NCBI GenBank assembly: GCA_964498265.1
Contig: CAZCIJ010000001.1
Span: 1 to 36,812 of the forward strand
Source of the DNA: an uncultured Gaiellales bacterium
GTDB lineage: Bacteria > Actinomycetota > Thermoleophilia > Gaiellales > Gaiellaceae
Reading direction: 5' to 3'
Length of the DNA: 36,812 bases
The notes beneath the pieces were generated by a model that worked only from the letters and a program-made list of their open reading frames with translations, was not told the DNA's origin and ran no database searches. Below, in pieces: positions 26,710 to 36,089 of this stretch. The translations under genes and the position numbers were made by a program. Numbering within the stretch: the first letter of the stretch is position 1; every line of letters begins with the position of its first letter.

Positions 26710-27108
26710 ATGTTGACGCTGACCGAGAGAGCGGCGGAGAAGGTCCGGGAGCTCGCGGCGCAGGAGCCGGAAGGAGAGGCCGACGTGCTGCGCATCGCCA
26801 TCCAGGGCGGTGGGTGCTCGGGCTTCCAGTACGCGCTCGGATTCGACCGTGGCCCTCAGGACGGCGACAACGAGCTCGAGTTCAACGGCGTGAAGGTCGT
26901 CGTCGACCCGTTCAGCGCTCCGTACCTGCAGGGCGCGGAGATCGACTTCGTCGACGCCCTCATGGGTGCCGGGTTCGCGATCAACAACCCGAACGTCGTC
27001 GCGGCCTGCGGCTGCGGCTCGTCCTTCCAGGCGAAGGACGACGTCGAGGGCTCCGACGACCCCGCCTACGCCCCCGGCGGTGGCTGCGGCTCGGGCTGCG
27101 GGCACTGA
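26710..27108 (+). CDS. HesB/IscA/ErpA-family A-type Fe-S cluster carrier with a Cys-rich C-terminal extension
   Basis: Start trimmed to the ATG at 26710 (MLTLTERAAEKVREL..). LRIAIQGGGCSGFQY and the canonical C-terminal CGCGSSF, followed by 26 extra residues ending GGGCGSGCGH. Confidence 0.88.
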   Translation: MLTLTERAAEKVRELAAQEPEGEADVLRIAIQGGGCSGFQYALGFDRGPQDGDNELEFNGVKVVVDPFSAPYLQGAEIDFVDALMGAGFAINNPNVVAACGCGSSFQAKDDVEGSDDPAYAPGGGCGSGCGH

Positions 27109-27127
27109 AGCCTCATCCCACGTCGTC

Positions 27128-28519
27128 ATGAGCGCCGCGCGGCCGCTTCGAGTCGCCGTCGTCGGCTCCGGGCCGGCCGGCTTCTACGCGGCCGGGCATC
27201 TGCTCGGGGCGGATCTCCCGGTCGAGGTCGACATGATCGAGCGGCTTCCGACTCCGTGGGGCCTCGTCCGGCTCGGGGTTGCGCCCGACCACCCGAATAT
27301 CAAGTCCGTCTCCCGCGTCTACGAGAAGACCGCGCGGGAGCCGGGCTTTCGGTTCCTCGGCAACGTGGAGGTGGGCCGCGACCTCGACCACGCCGACCTC
27401 GTGCAGCTCTACGACGCCGTCGTGTACACGGTCGGGGCGCAGACGGATCGGCGCATGGGCATTCCTGGCGAGGACCTCCCTGGATCGTGGCCGGCGACGG
27501 CGTTCGTCGCCTGGTACAACGGCCATCCCGACTTCCAGGATCTCTCCTTCGACCTGTCGAGCAAGCGCGCGGTCGTCGTCGGCAACGGCAACGTGGCCAT
27601 CGACGTCGCACGCATGCTCGCGCTCGTCGAGGAGGAGCTCGCGCCGACGGACACGACCGACCCGGCCATCGCCGCCATCCTCGGCTCGGGCATCGAGGAG
27701 ATCCTCATGCTCGGGCGGCGCGGGCCCGCCCAGGCCTCCTTCACGACGCCGGAGCTCAAGGAGCTCGGCGAGCTGGCGGGCACCGACGTGGCCGTGGATC
27801 CAGGCGAGCTCGAGCTCGAGCCGGCGAGCGAGGCCGCCCTGTCCGACTCGACGGTCTCCCGCAACCTCGAGGTGCTGCGCGAGTACGCGGAGCGTGCGCC
27901 GGCCGCCAAGCGGAGGACGCTGCGGCTGCGCTTTCGCGTCTCGCCGGTGGCGATCCTCGGCGACGAGAAGGTGGAAGCGGTCGAGGTCGTGCGCAACGAG
28001 CTCGTCGCCGACGAGAGCGGCCGCGTCCGGGCCGTTCCGTCGGACGAGCGTGAGGTGATCCCGTGCGGGGTCGTCTTCCGCAGCGTCGGCTACCGCGGCG
28101 TTCCCGTCCCGGGCGTGCCGTTCGACGAGGAGCGCTGCACGATGCGCAACCAGAGCGGGCGGGTGCTCGACGAGGACGGAGAGCCGGTGGCGGGCGTGTA
28201 CTGCGCGGGCTGGATCAAGCGCGGGCCGACGGGCATCATCGGCACGAACAAGAAGGACGCCGCCGAGACCGTCGAGCACCTGCTCGAGGACGCCTGCGGC
28301 GGAGCGCTGGGCTCCGAGGCGGTGACGCCCGAGACCGTCGAGGCAGTCCTCGCCGAGCGGGGCGCGGAGGTTGTGAGCTACCGCGGCTGGGAGGAGATCG
28401 ACGCGGTCGAGCGCAGCCGCGGGGAGCCACACGGCCGGCCGCGCATCAAGGTCGTCAGCTGGGAGGAGCTGCTCGCGACTGCCCAGCGAGGCGCGGTGCA
28501 GGGCGCCGAGCGAGCGTAG
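27128..28519 (+). CDS. fprA: NADPH-ferredoxin reductase, adrenodoxin-reductase type (FprA-like)
   Basis: Start trimmed to the ATG at 27128. VAVVGSGPAGFYAA, PTPWGLVRLGVAPDHP, VVVGNGNVAIDVARML, YCAGWIKRGPTGIIGTNK. Confidence 0.88.
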   Translation: MSAARPLRVAVVGSGPAGFYAAGHLLGADLPVEVDMIERLPTPWGLVRLGVAPDHPNIKSVSRVYEKTAREPGFRFLGNVEVGRDLDHADLVQLYDAVVYTVGAQTDRRMGIPGEDLPGSWPATAFVAWYNGHPDFQDLSFDLSSKRAVVVGNGNVAIDVARMLALVEEELAPTDTTDPAIAAILGSGIEEILMLGRRGPAQASFTTPELKELGELAGTDVAVDPGELELEPASEAALSDSTVSRNLEVLREYAERAPAAKRRTLRLRFRVSPVAILGDEKVEAVEVVRNELVADESGRVRAVPSDEREVIPCGVVFRSVGYRGVPVPGVPFDEERCTMRNQSGRVLDEDGEPVAGVYCAGWIKRGPTGIIGTNKKDAAETVEHLLEDACGGALGSEAVTPETVEAVLAERGAEVVSYRGWEEIDAVERSRGEPHGRPRIKVVSWEELLATAQRGAVQGAERA

Positions 28520-28568
28520 AGGGCCGGCGCGCGGTCGCACCTGCGTCGGCTGGGCTGCGCGCGCCGGG

Positions 28569-28574
28569 TAGACT
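28569..28574 (+). promoter_or_regulatory. -10-like TAGACT, 7 nt upstream of the fumC GTG (leaderless-type promoter candidate)
   Basis: TAnnnT at the recurrent spacing, with no SD. Confidence 0.4.
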
Positions 28575-28581
28575 CGGGCAC

Positions 28582-29913
<1,332 letters not shown>

Positions 29914-30075
29914 GGGCCTGTCCAGAAAGTGAACCAGAGCGCCTGACATGCGTCACGCACCGCGATACTCCGTCCTCGGTCGCGCCAATATGACCTGCAT
30001 AGTGGCGTTCCCTGCGTCCTTGCATCGCGGCACGTGCCGCGTGTCATCCACTGTGGCCACTTTCTGGACAGGCCC
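29914..30075. repeat. Copy 2 (inverted relative to copy 1) of the long-hairpin repeat, with termini GGGCCTGTCCAGAAAGTG...CACTTTCTGGACAGGCCC
   Basis: It starts at the base after the fumC TAA. It aligns with the reverse complement of 9126-9296. The central ~13-23 nt differ in sequence and length. Confidence 0.85.
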
Positions 30076-30121
30076 TTAGCCGCCGCCTCCCCGCAACCTG
30101 GGGACGCGGGAGACACGGAGG

Positions 30122-30505
30122 ATGGAGGTCCTCTCCAGCCGGGTGATCCTGCGTCCGCGCGATCGGGCGCGAACGGTGCGCTTCTACGAGGAGACGCTCC
30201 GGCTCCCCGTCTACCGCGAGTGGGGGGAGGGAGAGAAGCGCTGTGTCGTCTTCTTCCTCGGTGGAGGCCTGCTCGAGGTCTCGGGCTCGGGCGGCGAAGG
30301 GCACTCCGAGACTGTGCGCCTGTTTCTGCAGGTCCGGGACATCGCCGAGGCCGCACGCTTCCTCGCCGCGCAGGGGGTCGAGCTCGAGAGCGGGCCCGAG
30401 CGCAAGCCGTGGGGGCTCGTTGAGATGAGCTGCCGTGATCCGGACGGGCTCGAGCTGGTCGTCGTGGAGGTGCCTGCGGAGCATCCGCTTCGGCGTCGTG
30501 CGTAG
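30122..30505 (+). CDS. VOC (glyoxalase/bleomycin-resistance/dioxygenase) family protein
   Basis: 127 aa. ..LRPRD..RTVRFYEETLGL-like N-terminus and ..PWGL.E....DPDG..L..VE C-terminus. The start is uncertain because GGAGG abuts the ATG. Confidence 0.7.
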   Translation: MEVLSSRVILRPRDRARTVRFYEETLRLPVYREWGEGEKRCVVFFLGGGLLEVSGSGGEGHSETVRLFLQVRDIAEAARFLAAQGVELESGPERKPWGLVEMSCRDPDGLELVVVEVPAEHPLRRRA

Positions 30506-30517
30506 GTCGCCGAGGCC

Positions 30518-30523
30518 TACACT
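30518..30523 (+). promoter_or_regulatory. -10-like TACACT, 7 nt upstream of the MpaB-family ATG (leaderless-type promoter candidate)
   Basis: TAnnnT at the recurrent spacing, with no SD. Confidence 0.4.
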
Positions 30524-30530
30524 CGGCTCG

Positions 30531-31409
30531 ATGGAGATGTTTCGTCCCGAATCCGGCTCACCGCGCCTGCGGCGGGCGCTGACCCACGCCGAACGGATGG
30601 CGAGCCGCGACGGGCACTTCGCGCCGGAGAGCGTGATCCGGCGCGTCGCCAACACCCCCGTGCTGCCGCTCCTGGGCGGGGGGCCCGCGGTGCTCCTCCA
30701 GGTGGCGCATCCGCTCGTCGCGGCGGGAGTGGTCCAGCATTCGGACTACCGCCGCGATCTCTGGCGGCGGCTGCACCGGACGGTGCAGGCCCTCTACCTC
30801 GTCGTCTACGGGAGCAGGGCGGAGGCCGAGCGCGCCGGACTCGCGGTGCAGGCGGTGCACGCGCGCGTGCGCGGGCGCACGGGGCAGCGTCTCGGCCCCT
30901 TCGACGCCGGGACGGCCTACGACGCCGCCGACCCGGAGCTCATGCTCTGGGTCCACGCGACGCTCGTCCACGTCGCGCTCGCCGCCTACGGCCGCTTCGT
31001 CGACCGGCTCGCGCCCGAGGAGGAGGAGGGCTTCTACCGCGAGATGACCCTCGTCGCCCGTCTCTTCGGCACTCCGGCGTCTGTCATCCCGCCGAGCCTG
31101 GCAGAGTTCCGCGGCTACTTCGCCGCGCAGCTCGAGAGTCCGGCCATCTGCGTCACGGAGCCGGCGAAGGCCGTTGCGCGGGTGATCCTCGAGGCGCCGT
31201 TGCCGCCCCCGCTTCGCGTCATGCTGCCGGCCTATCGCCTCGCGACGGCGGGGCTTCTGCCGCCCCGGCTCCGCGTGGAGTACGGCCTGCGCTGGGGCGG
31301 GGGGCACGCGTTCGCACTCGCTCTCGCCGCACGGACGGCGAGAGCCGTCGCCTCGCCGCTCTTCCGGGCCGCCGAGAGGGTCGCGCCGGCCGTTCCCGTC
31401 CTCGCGTAG
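30531..31409 (+). CDS. Oxygenase MpaB family protein (DUF2236)
   Basis: Start trimmed to the ATG at 30531. LLGGGPAVLLQVAHPLVAAGVVQHSDY..DLWRRLHRT.., VHARVRG, ELMLWVHATL. Confidence 0.78.
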   Translation: MEMFRPESGSPRLRRALTHAERMASRDGHFAPESVIRRVANTPVLPLLGGGPAVLLQVAHPLVAAGVVQHSDYRRDLWRRLHRTVQALYLVVYGSRAEAERAGLAVQAVHARVRGRTGQRLGPFDAGTAYDAADPELMLWVHATLVHVALAAYGRFVDRLAPEEEEGFYREMTLVARLFGTPASVIPPSLAEFRGYFAAQLESPAICVTEPAKAVARVILEAPLPPPLRVMLPAYRLATAGLLPPRLRVEYGLRWGGGHAFALALAARTARAVASPLFRAAERVAPAVPVLA

Positions 31410-31695
31410 CCACCGATCCGGGGCCTCCGCTGCCCCCTGTCTGGATGCTCTTCGCGAGCCGTGTCCCGAGGCGCAAGCCGCTCTCGAGGAGGCCGGCCGC
31501 TGGCGGCGCGCCCTTCCCGCGTAGGCGCAACGGCGGGACAGCGTGGCTCTCGGCGCCGCGGCCCGTCTCGGCTGGTTCGATGGATACGCCGGCTTCGCCG
31601 GCTCAGGCTTCGCGGCCTGGGCCGCTCTGCGGGACTCTTCGTCGTCCTGCCGCCGCCGAACAGTCCCGAGCGCGGCGCGGCCGCTGCGCGCCACG

Positions 31696-32589
31696 TCAGC
31701 GCGCGGCTTGCTGCTGCTCGTCGGCGCGGTAGGAGGAGCGGACGAGGGGGCCCGAGAACACCGACCCGAAGCCCATGCGCTCGCCCTCCTCGCGCAGCAT
31801 GCGGAACTCCTCCGGGTGCACCCAGCGATCGATCGCCACATGCCGCCGCGACGGCTGCAGGTACTGGCCGATCGTGACCACGTCCACGCCGTGGGCGCGC
31901 AGGTCGCGCATGGTCTCCAGCACCTCCTCGTTGCTCTCGCCCAGCCCCACGATGATCCCCGACTTCGTGAGCACCGGGTACTCCGCGACCTCCTTCGCGC
32001 GGCTCAAGAGCCACAACGCACGCTCGTAGGACGCCTTCGCGCCGCGCATCCGCGCATGCAGGCGGCGCACCGTCTCGATGTTGTGGTTGAACACCTCGGG
32101 CCGCTCGCCCAGCACGGCGCGCAGCGCCTTCTCCTCCACGCCCAGGAAATCGGGCGTCAACACCTCCACCGAGGCGTGCGGAACCCTGGCTCTGAGCGCC
32201 CGGATCGTGGCTGCGTAGTGACCCGCGCCCCGGTCGGGGAGATCGTCGCGGTCGACCGACGTGACCACCACGTGCGAGAGACCCATACGCCCCGCCGCCT
32301 GCGCCAGCCGCAACGGCTCCAGCGGATCGGGAGCCCCGTCCGGCTTGCCCGAATGCACGTAGCAGTAGCGGCACGCCCGCGTGCACGTATCTCCCAAGAT
32401 CTGGAACGTCGCCGTCCCTCGCCCCCAACACTCGGCGATGTTCGGACAGCGCGCCTCCTCGCACACCGTGTGCAAGCCCTGGCCGCGGACCAGGTCCCTC
32501 ACCTCGAAGAACCGCGTCTCCCGGGACGGGGCACGCACCTTCATCCACTCCGGCCGGCGGGGGCGCTCAGCGGCGGGGAGCGATCTCAT
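31696..32589 (-). CDS. lipA: Lipoyl synthase (radical SAM)
   Basis: Start trimmed to the ATG at 32589, which overlaps the lipB stop (ATGA). CEEARCPNIAECW and the radical-SAM CTRACRYC. TSVDRDDL, GLGE. Confidence 0.93.
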   Translation of the reverse strand: MRSLPAAERPRRPEWMKVRAPSRETRFFEVRDLVRGQGLHTVCEEARCPNIAECWGRGTATFQILGDTCTRACRYCYVHSGKPDGAPDPLEPLRLAQAAGRMGLSHVVVTSVDRDDLPDRGAGHYAATIRALRARVPHASVEVLTPDFLGVEEKALRAVLGERPEVFNHNIETVRRLHARMRGAKASYERALWLLSRAKEVAEYPVLTKSGIIVGLGESNEEVLETMRDLRAHGVDVVTIGQYLQPSRRHVAIDRWVHPEEFRMLREEGERMGFGSVFSGPLVRSSYRADEQQQAAR

Positions 32590-33299
32590 ACCGCCATCTT
32601 CGCATGCACGGGCTGCGGCCAGAGCCCGACGCCGTCCTCGGCCGGCAGCTCCTCGAAGGCGAGGCCGAGCACGTCTCCGAGCGCGGCGACCGCGTGCGGC
32701 ACCGTCTCCTCCACTGTGACCTCGCGGCCGAGCTCGAGGCTGGCCGTGGTGAACGCGGCGTCCTCGAGCCCACAGGCGGTGATCCACTGCGAGAACGGCC
32801 TCGGGTCGAGGTTCAGGTTGAGCGCGTACCCGTGGGTCGTGACCCAGCGGGAGACGTGGATGCCGATGGAGGCGATCTTCCGCCGCGGCTCGCCGGGCAC
32901 CCAGACTCCGGTGAGCCCGTCGACGCTCTCGCTGGGCAGCCCGAAGGCGTCGAGCGTGAGCTTGACGGAGCCCTCGAGGCTCCGGCAGTAGCGCTTGACG
33001 TCGCGACCGTGCCGATTGAGGTCGAGGATCGGGTAGCAGACGAGCTGACCGGGCGCGTGAAAGGTCGACCTGCCGCCGCGGTCGGTCTCGACCACGTCGA
33101 CCTCGGCGTCCGCGGGCAGGTGGAGCTCCTCGGAGCTCGTGCGCCTGCCGAGCGTCACCGTCGGCGGGTGCTCGAGTAGCACGACCACCTCAGGCGTCGC
33201 GCCCTGGGAGACGGCGGCAGCGAGCGCCCGCTGGAGGTCCCACGCCTCGGCATAGCCGACGACGCCGAGCCTGAGGAGGTAGGCCGGCGCTGTGCCCAT
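32586..33299 (-). CDS. lipB: Lipoyl(octanoyl) transferase
   Basis: LLEHPPTVTLGR, RGGRSTFHAPGQLVCYPI, KIASIGIHVSRWVTTHGYALN. Confidence 0.92.
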   Translation of the reverse strand: MGTAPAYLLRLGVVGYAEAWDLQRALAAAVSQGATPEVVVLLEHPPTVTLGRRTSSEELHLPADAEVDVVETDRGGRSTFHAPGQLVCYPILDLNRHGRDVKRYCRSLEGSVKLTLDAFGLPSESVDGLTGVWVPGEPRRKIASIGIHVSRWVTTHGYALNLNLDPRPFSQWITACGLEDAAFTTASLELGREVTVEETVPHAVAALGDVLGLAFEELPAEDGVGLWPQPVHAKMAV

Positions 33300-33330
33300 C
33301 CCCGGGTAGCGCCCTCGCGCCGCGAGAGCG

Positions 33331-34755
33331 CTAGTACGCCTCCTCCTCCCACGTCTCGAGGTTCGTCTTGACGTCGCGCATGAACGGGGCCGCGTACGCG
33401 CCGTCGACGAGACGGTGGTCGTAGCTGAGGCAGAGGTTCATCATCGAGCGAATCGCGATCGAGTCGTTGCCGTACGGGTCGGTGACGACGACGGGCCGCT
33501 TGACGATTGCCTCGACATCGAGGATGCCGACCTGCGGCTGGTTGATGATCGGCGTTCCCGCGATGGCGCCGAAGCCGCCCGGGTTCGTGATCGTGAAGGT
33601 GCCCCCGTGCACCTCGTCGGGCAGGAGCTTCTTCGTACGAGCACGCTCGGCCAGGTCCTCGATCGCCCGAGCGATCCCGAGCAGGTTCTTCTCCTCGGCG
33701 TTGCGGATGACAGGGACGATGAGACCCTTGCCCTCCTCGAGCGCCACGGCGATGCCCAGGTTCACCGAGCGCTTGAGCACGATCTGCTCGTCGCGGATCT
33801 CCGCGTTGAGTCGCGGCCAGGTCTGGAGGGCGTCGACCACGGCACGGGCGATGAAGGCGAGGTAGGTAAGCCGCACGCCGTGCCGCGCTTCCGCCTCCCC
33901 CTTGAGCCGGCTCCGGATCCCGACGACCTTCGACATGTCGATCTCGAACACGGTCGTCACGTGCGCGGACGTGTGCACCGAGCGCACCATGTGCTCGGCG
34001 ATGGCCCGCCGCATGACGCTCATGGGCTCGACCGTCTCGCCTGCCACAGGCTGCGCCTGTGGCAGGGCAGCCGGCGGCGGAGGGGGAGGCGGAGCAGGGG
34101 GAGGCGGAGCGGGCGGCGGCGGGGCAGGCCGTGTCGGCTCCCCCATCCCTACCTGGCCTGCCTCCTCTCTCGCCTTCATCGAGGCGTCAGCCTCGATGAA
34201 GGCGAGGATGTCCTTCTTGGTCACCCTGCCGCCGCGGCCGCTTCCGGGAACGGCCGAGACGTCGATCCCGTGCTCGGCCGCGATGCGAGCGACCACCGGG
34301 GAGACGAACGCGCGGCCTTCTGCATGCCCGTCTTCCTCGTCTCCCACCTCGGGTACGCGCTCGGCGGCCCCCGGCGCAGGCTCCGCGCGCTCCTCGCCCG
34401 TCGCGGACGGAGGGCCTGCCTCGGCGCGCGACGGCTCCGCCGCCTCTGTCGCGGCGTCCCAGCCTGCCGGGGCGGGCGAGGCCTCGGCCGCCGGCGCAGC
34501 CGTCTCCTGCCTGAGAACGGTGGCAAGCCGCGTTCCCACGTCGACCGTCTCGCCCTCCTGGACGAGGATCTCCCCGAGGACGCCCGACGCCGGGCTCGGA
34601 ACCTCCGTGTCGACCTTGTCGGTCGAGATCTCCAGCAACGGCTCGTCCGCGGCGACGCTCTCGCCCTCGGACCTCAACCACTTCGTGATCGTTCCCTCGG
34701 AAACCGAGACGCCCATCTGGGGCATCACCACGTCGACGGTGGTTCCTGTGACCAT
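33331..34755 (-). CDS. 2-oxoacid dehydrogenase E2 component (dihydrolipoamide acyltransferase, DlaT/SucB-like)
   Basis: Start trimmed to the ATG at 34755, with SD GAGGAAGGA. One lipoyl domain (EISTDKVDTEVPSP), a PSBD (SPVVARIAAEHGIDVSAVPGSGRGGRVTKKDI), a Pro-rich linker and a catalytic DHRLVDG. Confidence 0.9.
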   Translation of the reverse strand: MVTGTTVDVVMPQMGVSVSEGTITKWLRSEGESVAADEPLLEISTDKVDTEVPSPASGVLGEILVQEGETVDVGTRLATVLRQETAAPAAEASPAPAGWDAATEAAEPSRAEAGPPSATGEERAEPAPGAAERVPEVGDEEDGHAEGRAFVSPVVARIAAEHGIDVSAVPGSGRGGRVTKKDILAFIEADASMKAREEAGQVGMGEPTRPAPPPPAPPPPAPPPPPPPAALPQAQPVAGETVEPMSVMRRAIAEHMVRSVHTSAHVTTVFEIDMSKVVGIRSRLKGEAEARHGVRLTYLAFIARAVVDALQTWPRLNAEIRDEQIVLKRSVNLGIAVALEEGKGLIVPVIRNAEEKNLLGIARAIEDLAERARTKKLLPDEVHGGTFTITNPGGFGAIAGTPIINQPQVGILDVEAIVKRPVVVTDPYGNDSIAIRSMMNLCLSYDHRLVDGAYAAPFMRDVKTNLETWEEEAY

Positions 34756-34789
34756 GGAACGTCCTTCCTCGTCGTGTGGACTCTTCTCG

Positions 34790-34795
34790 TAGGCT
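34790..34795 (+). promoter_or_regulatory. -10-like TAGGCT, 6 nt upstream of the zinc-ribbon gene GTG (leaderless-type promoter candidate)
   Basis: TAnnnT at the recurrent spacing, with no SD. Confidence 0.35.
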
Positions 34796-34801
34796 ACAGG
34801 C

Positions 34802-35077
34802 GTGGGCAGGACCTCAGACTGGCTGCGCGAGGAGCGCCGCCGCACGCTCGGCGACTGGGTGGCCCTCTGCCCGGAGTGCGGGCACGTGCAGCGCTACTTC
34901 GAGGCCCTCGAGGACGAGGTCGCGACCGTCTGCCCCACCTGCCGGGCGCAGCTCGTCAGCCGCTGTACGGCGTGCGGCGCGCGCATCGCCTCGGCCTTCG
35001 CCGTCGAGTGCGAGAGCTGCGGCGCTCCGCTGCGCCAGGGGACCCGCTTCGGCGTACGGATTCGTCGGGAGCGCTAG
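34802..35077 (+). CDS. Small double zinc-ribbon protein (four CxxC pairs), function unknown
   Basis: 91 aa with high GC3. CPEC..CPTC..CTAC..CESC. Confidence 0.6.
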   Translation: MGRTSDWLREERRRTLGDWVALCPECGHVQRYFEALEDEVATVCPTCRAQLVSRCTACGARIASAFAVECESCGAPLRQGTRFGVRIRRER

Positions 35078-35084
35078 CCCCCTC

Positions 35085-35444
35085 TCAGCGGCTCTCGACG
35101 ATCTCCGAGAAGTGGATCACCGTGATCGTGTCCTGCGGGCTCACGGCGCGGTTGTAGATCTGCGAGAGGAACTCGACGACCTCATCCGTCCTGCGCAGCT
35201 CCGGGTTGTCGTGCGTGATCTCCCGGGGCGAGAGCTCGCCCAGGCGCTTGACCTCGACCTTGTCGATGACCGCGTCGAAGATGAGCTCCCGGGGGCCGTA
35301 GCGCGTTCCCGCGAGCACCCGCACGATCATGCCCTTCTTGTACTTGAGGGACTTGTCTCCGAGGCGGATGGTCGCAGTCTTCCGCCGGCTTCGAAGCTGG
35401 TCGGCGACGATGGGCGAGTAGAAGTTGAGCGCGAAGGTGGGCAT
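35085..35444 (-). CDS. ASCH (PUA-like) domain protein
   Basis: 119 aa with clean codon usage. ..RKTATIRLGDKS..YKKG..V.V......G......A.I..V.......L......HD.. fits an ASCH-type beta-barrel as I remember it. The family call is tentative. Confidence 0.6.
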   Translation of the reverse strand: MPTFALNFYSPIVADQLRSRRKTATIRLGDKSLKYKKGMIVRVLAGTRYGPRELIFDAVIDKVEVKRLGELSPREITHDNPELRRTDEVVEFLSQIYNRAVSPQDTITVIHFSEIVESR

Positions 35445-35466
35445 CGAATCTGCCGCGACGCGCGGA

Positions 35467-35928
35467 TCATAGAGGTTCGTTCGGGAGTGCCAGCGCCTCG
35501 ATCGCGCGCTCGGCCATCTCCCGCTCGCCTCGGTAGGCGAGGAGCCGCGGCGCCTCGGCGAGCGGAAGCCAGCGCGCGTCGGCGACCTCGTGCCGATGCT
35601 CGGGCGGGATGTCGCCGAGCCGTCCGCGCCTGTAGCGGAAGAGGTAGAAGCTCACCACCTTGAAGATGCGCTGCCCCTCCCAGGTGTAGACGTAGCGGAC
35701 GTCGCCGAGCTTCTCCACGAGACGCGCCTCGACGCCCGTCTCCTCGCGGACCTCGCGCGCGGCCGCGACGTCCGGCCTCTCCCCTGCTCCGAGCAGCCCT
35801 TTCGGTAACGCCCACACGCCCTCCTTCCCGGACGGGCGGATGGCGGCGAGGCACCACGTCCCACGCAGACGCCGGACGACCACGCCGCCGGCCGAAAGCT
35901 CCCTCTTCCACGCGCGGTCGCTGCTCAC
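35467..35928 (-). CDS. NUDIX hydrolase
   Basis: Start trimmed to the GTG at 35928. Nudix box [20 protein letters not shown] (Gx5Ex7REVxEETGV). Confidence 0.85.
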   Translation of the reverse strand: MSSDRAWKRELSAGGVVVRRLRGTWCLAAIRPSGKEGVWALPKGLLGAGERPDVAAAREVREETGVEARLVEKLGDVRYVYTWEGQRIFKVVSFYLFRYRRGRLGDIPPEHRHEVADARWLPLAEAPRLLAYRGEREMAERAIEALALPNEPL

Positions 35929-35939
35929 CGGTGAACATC

Positions 35940-35966
35940 CTGGCACTCTCCTGCCCAGAGTGCCAA
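35940..35966. promoter_or_regulatory. CIRCE operator 1 (HrcA site) CTGGCACTC-N9-GAGTGCCAA
   Basis: Matches TTAGCACTC-N9-GAGTGCTAA with the G/C variants usual in high-GC Actinobacteria. Confidence 0.85.
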
Positions 35967-35974
35967 CGTTGGAC

Positions 35975-36004
35975 TTGCGCAGGCGGCGCCCTCTTGGATA
36001 TCGT
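35975..36004 (+). promoter_or_regulatory. Candidate groES promoter TTGCGC-N18-TATCGT between the two CIRCE elements
   Basis: -35/-10-like hexamers. The predicted TSS is about 10 nt before CIRCE 2, the classical arrangement. Confidence 0.4.
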
Positions 36005-36020
36005 TCCGGCAGGTCGCAGT

Positions 36021-36047
36021 TTGGCACTCCAGCCGGTGGAGTGCCAG
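36021..36047. promoter_or_regulatory. CIRCE operator 2 (HrcA site) TTGGCACTC-N9-GAGTGCCAG
   Basis: Perfect 8-bp arms with a 9-nt spacer, in the groES 5' UTR. Confidence 0.85.
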
Positions 36048-36089
36048 ACCGCGGTCGAGGCTCGAAACAGCACAAGGAGGGAGCGGTAC

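Noticed and set aside
31543-31700. Possible small protein (MALGAAARLGWFDGYAGFAGSGFAAWAALRD..) in the MpaB-lipA gap
   Set aside because: The frame has no stop until it has run ~1.3 kb antisense through lipA and lipB. There is no SD or -10 signal, and no hydrophobic or domain features. High GC3 alone is not diagnostic here.
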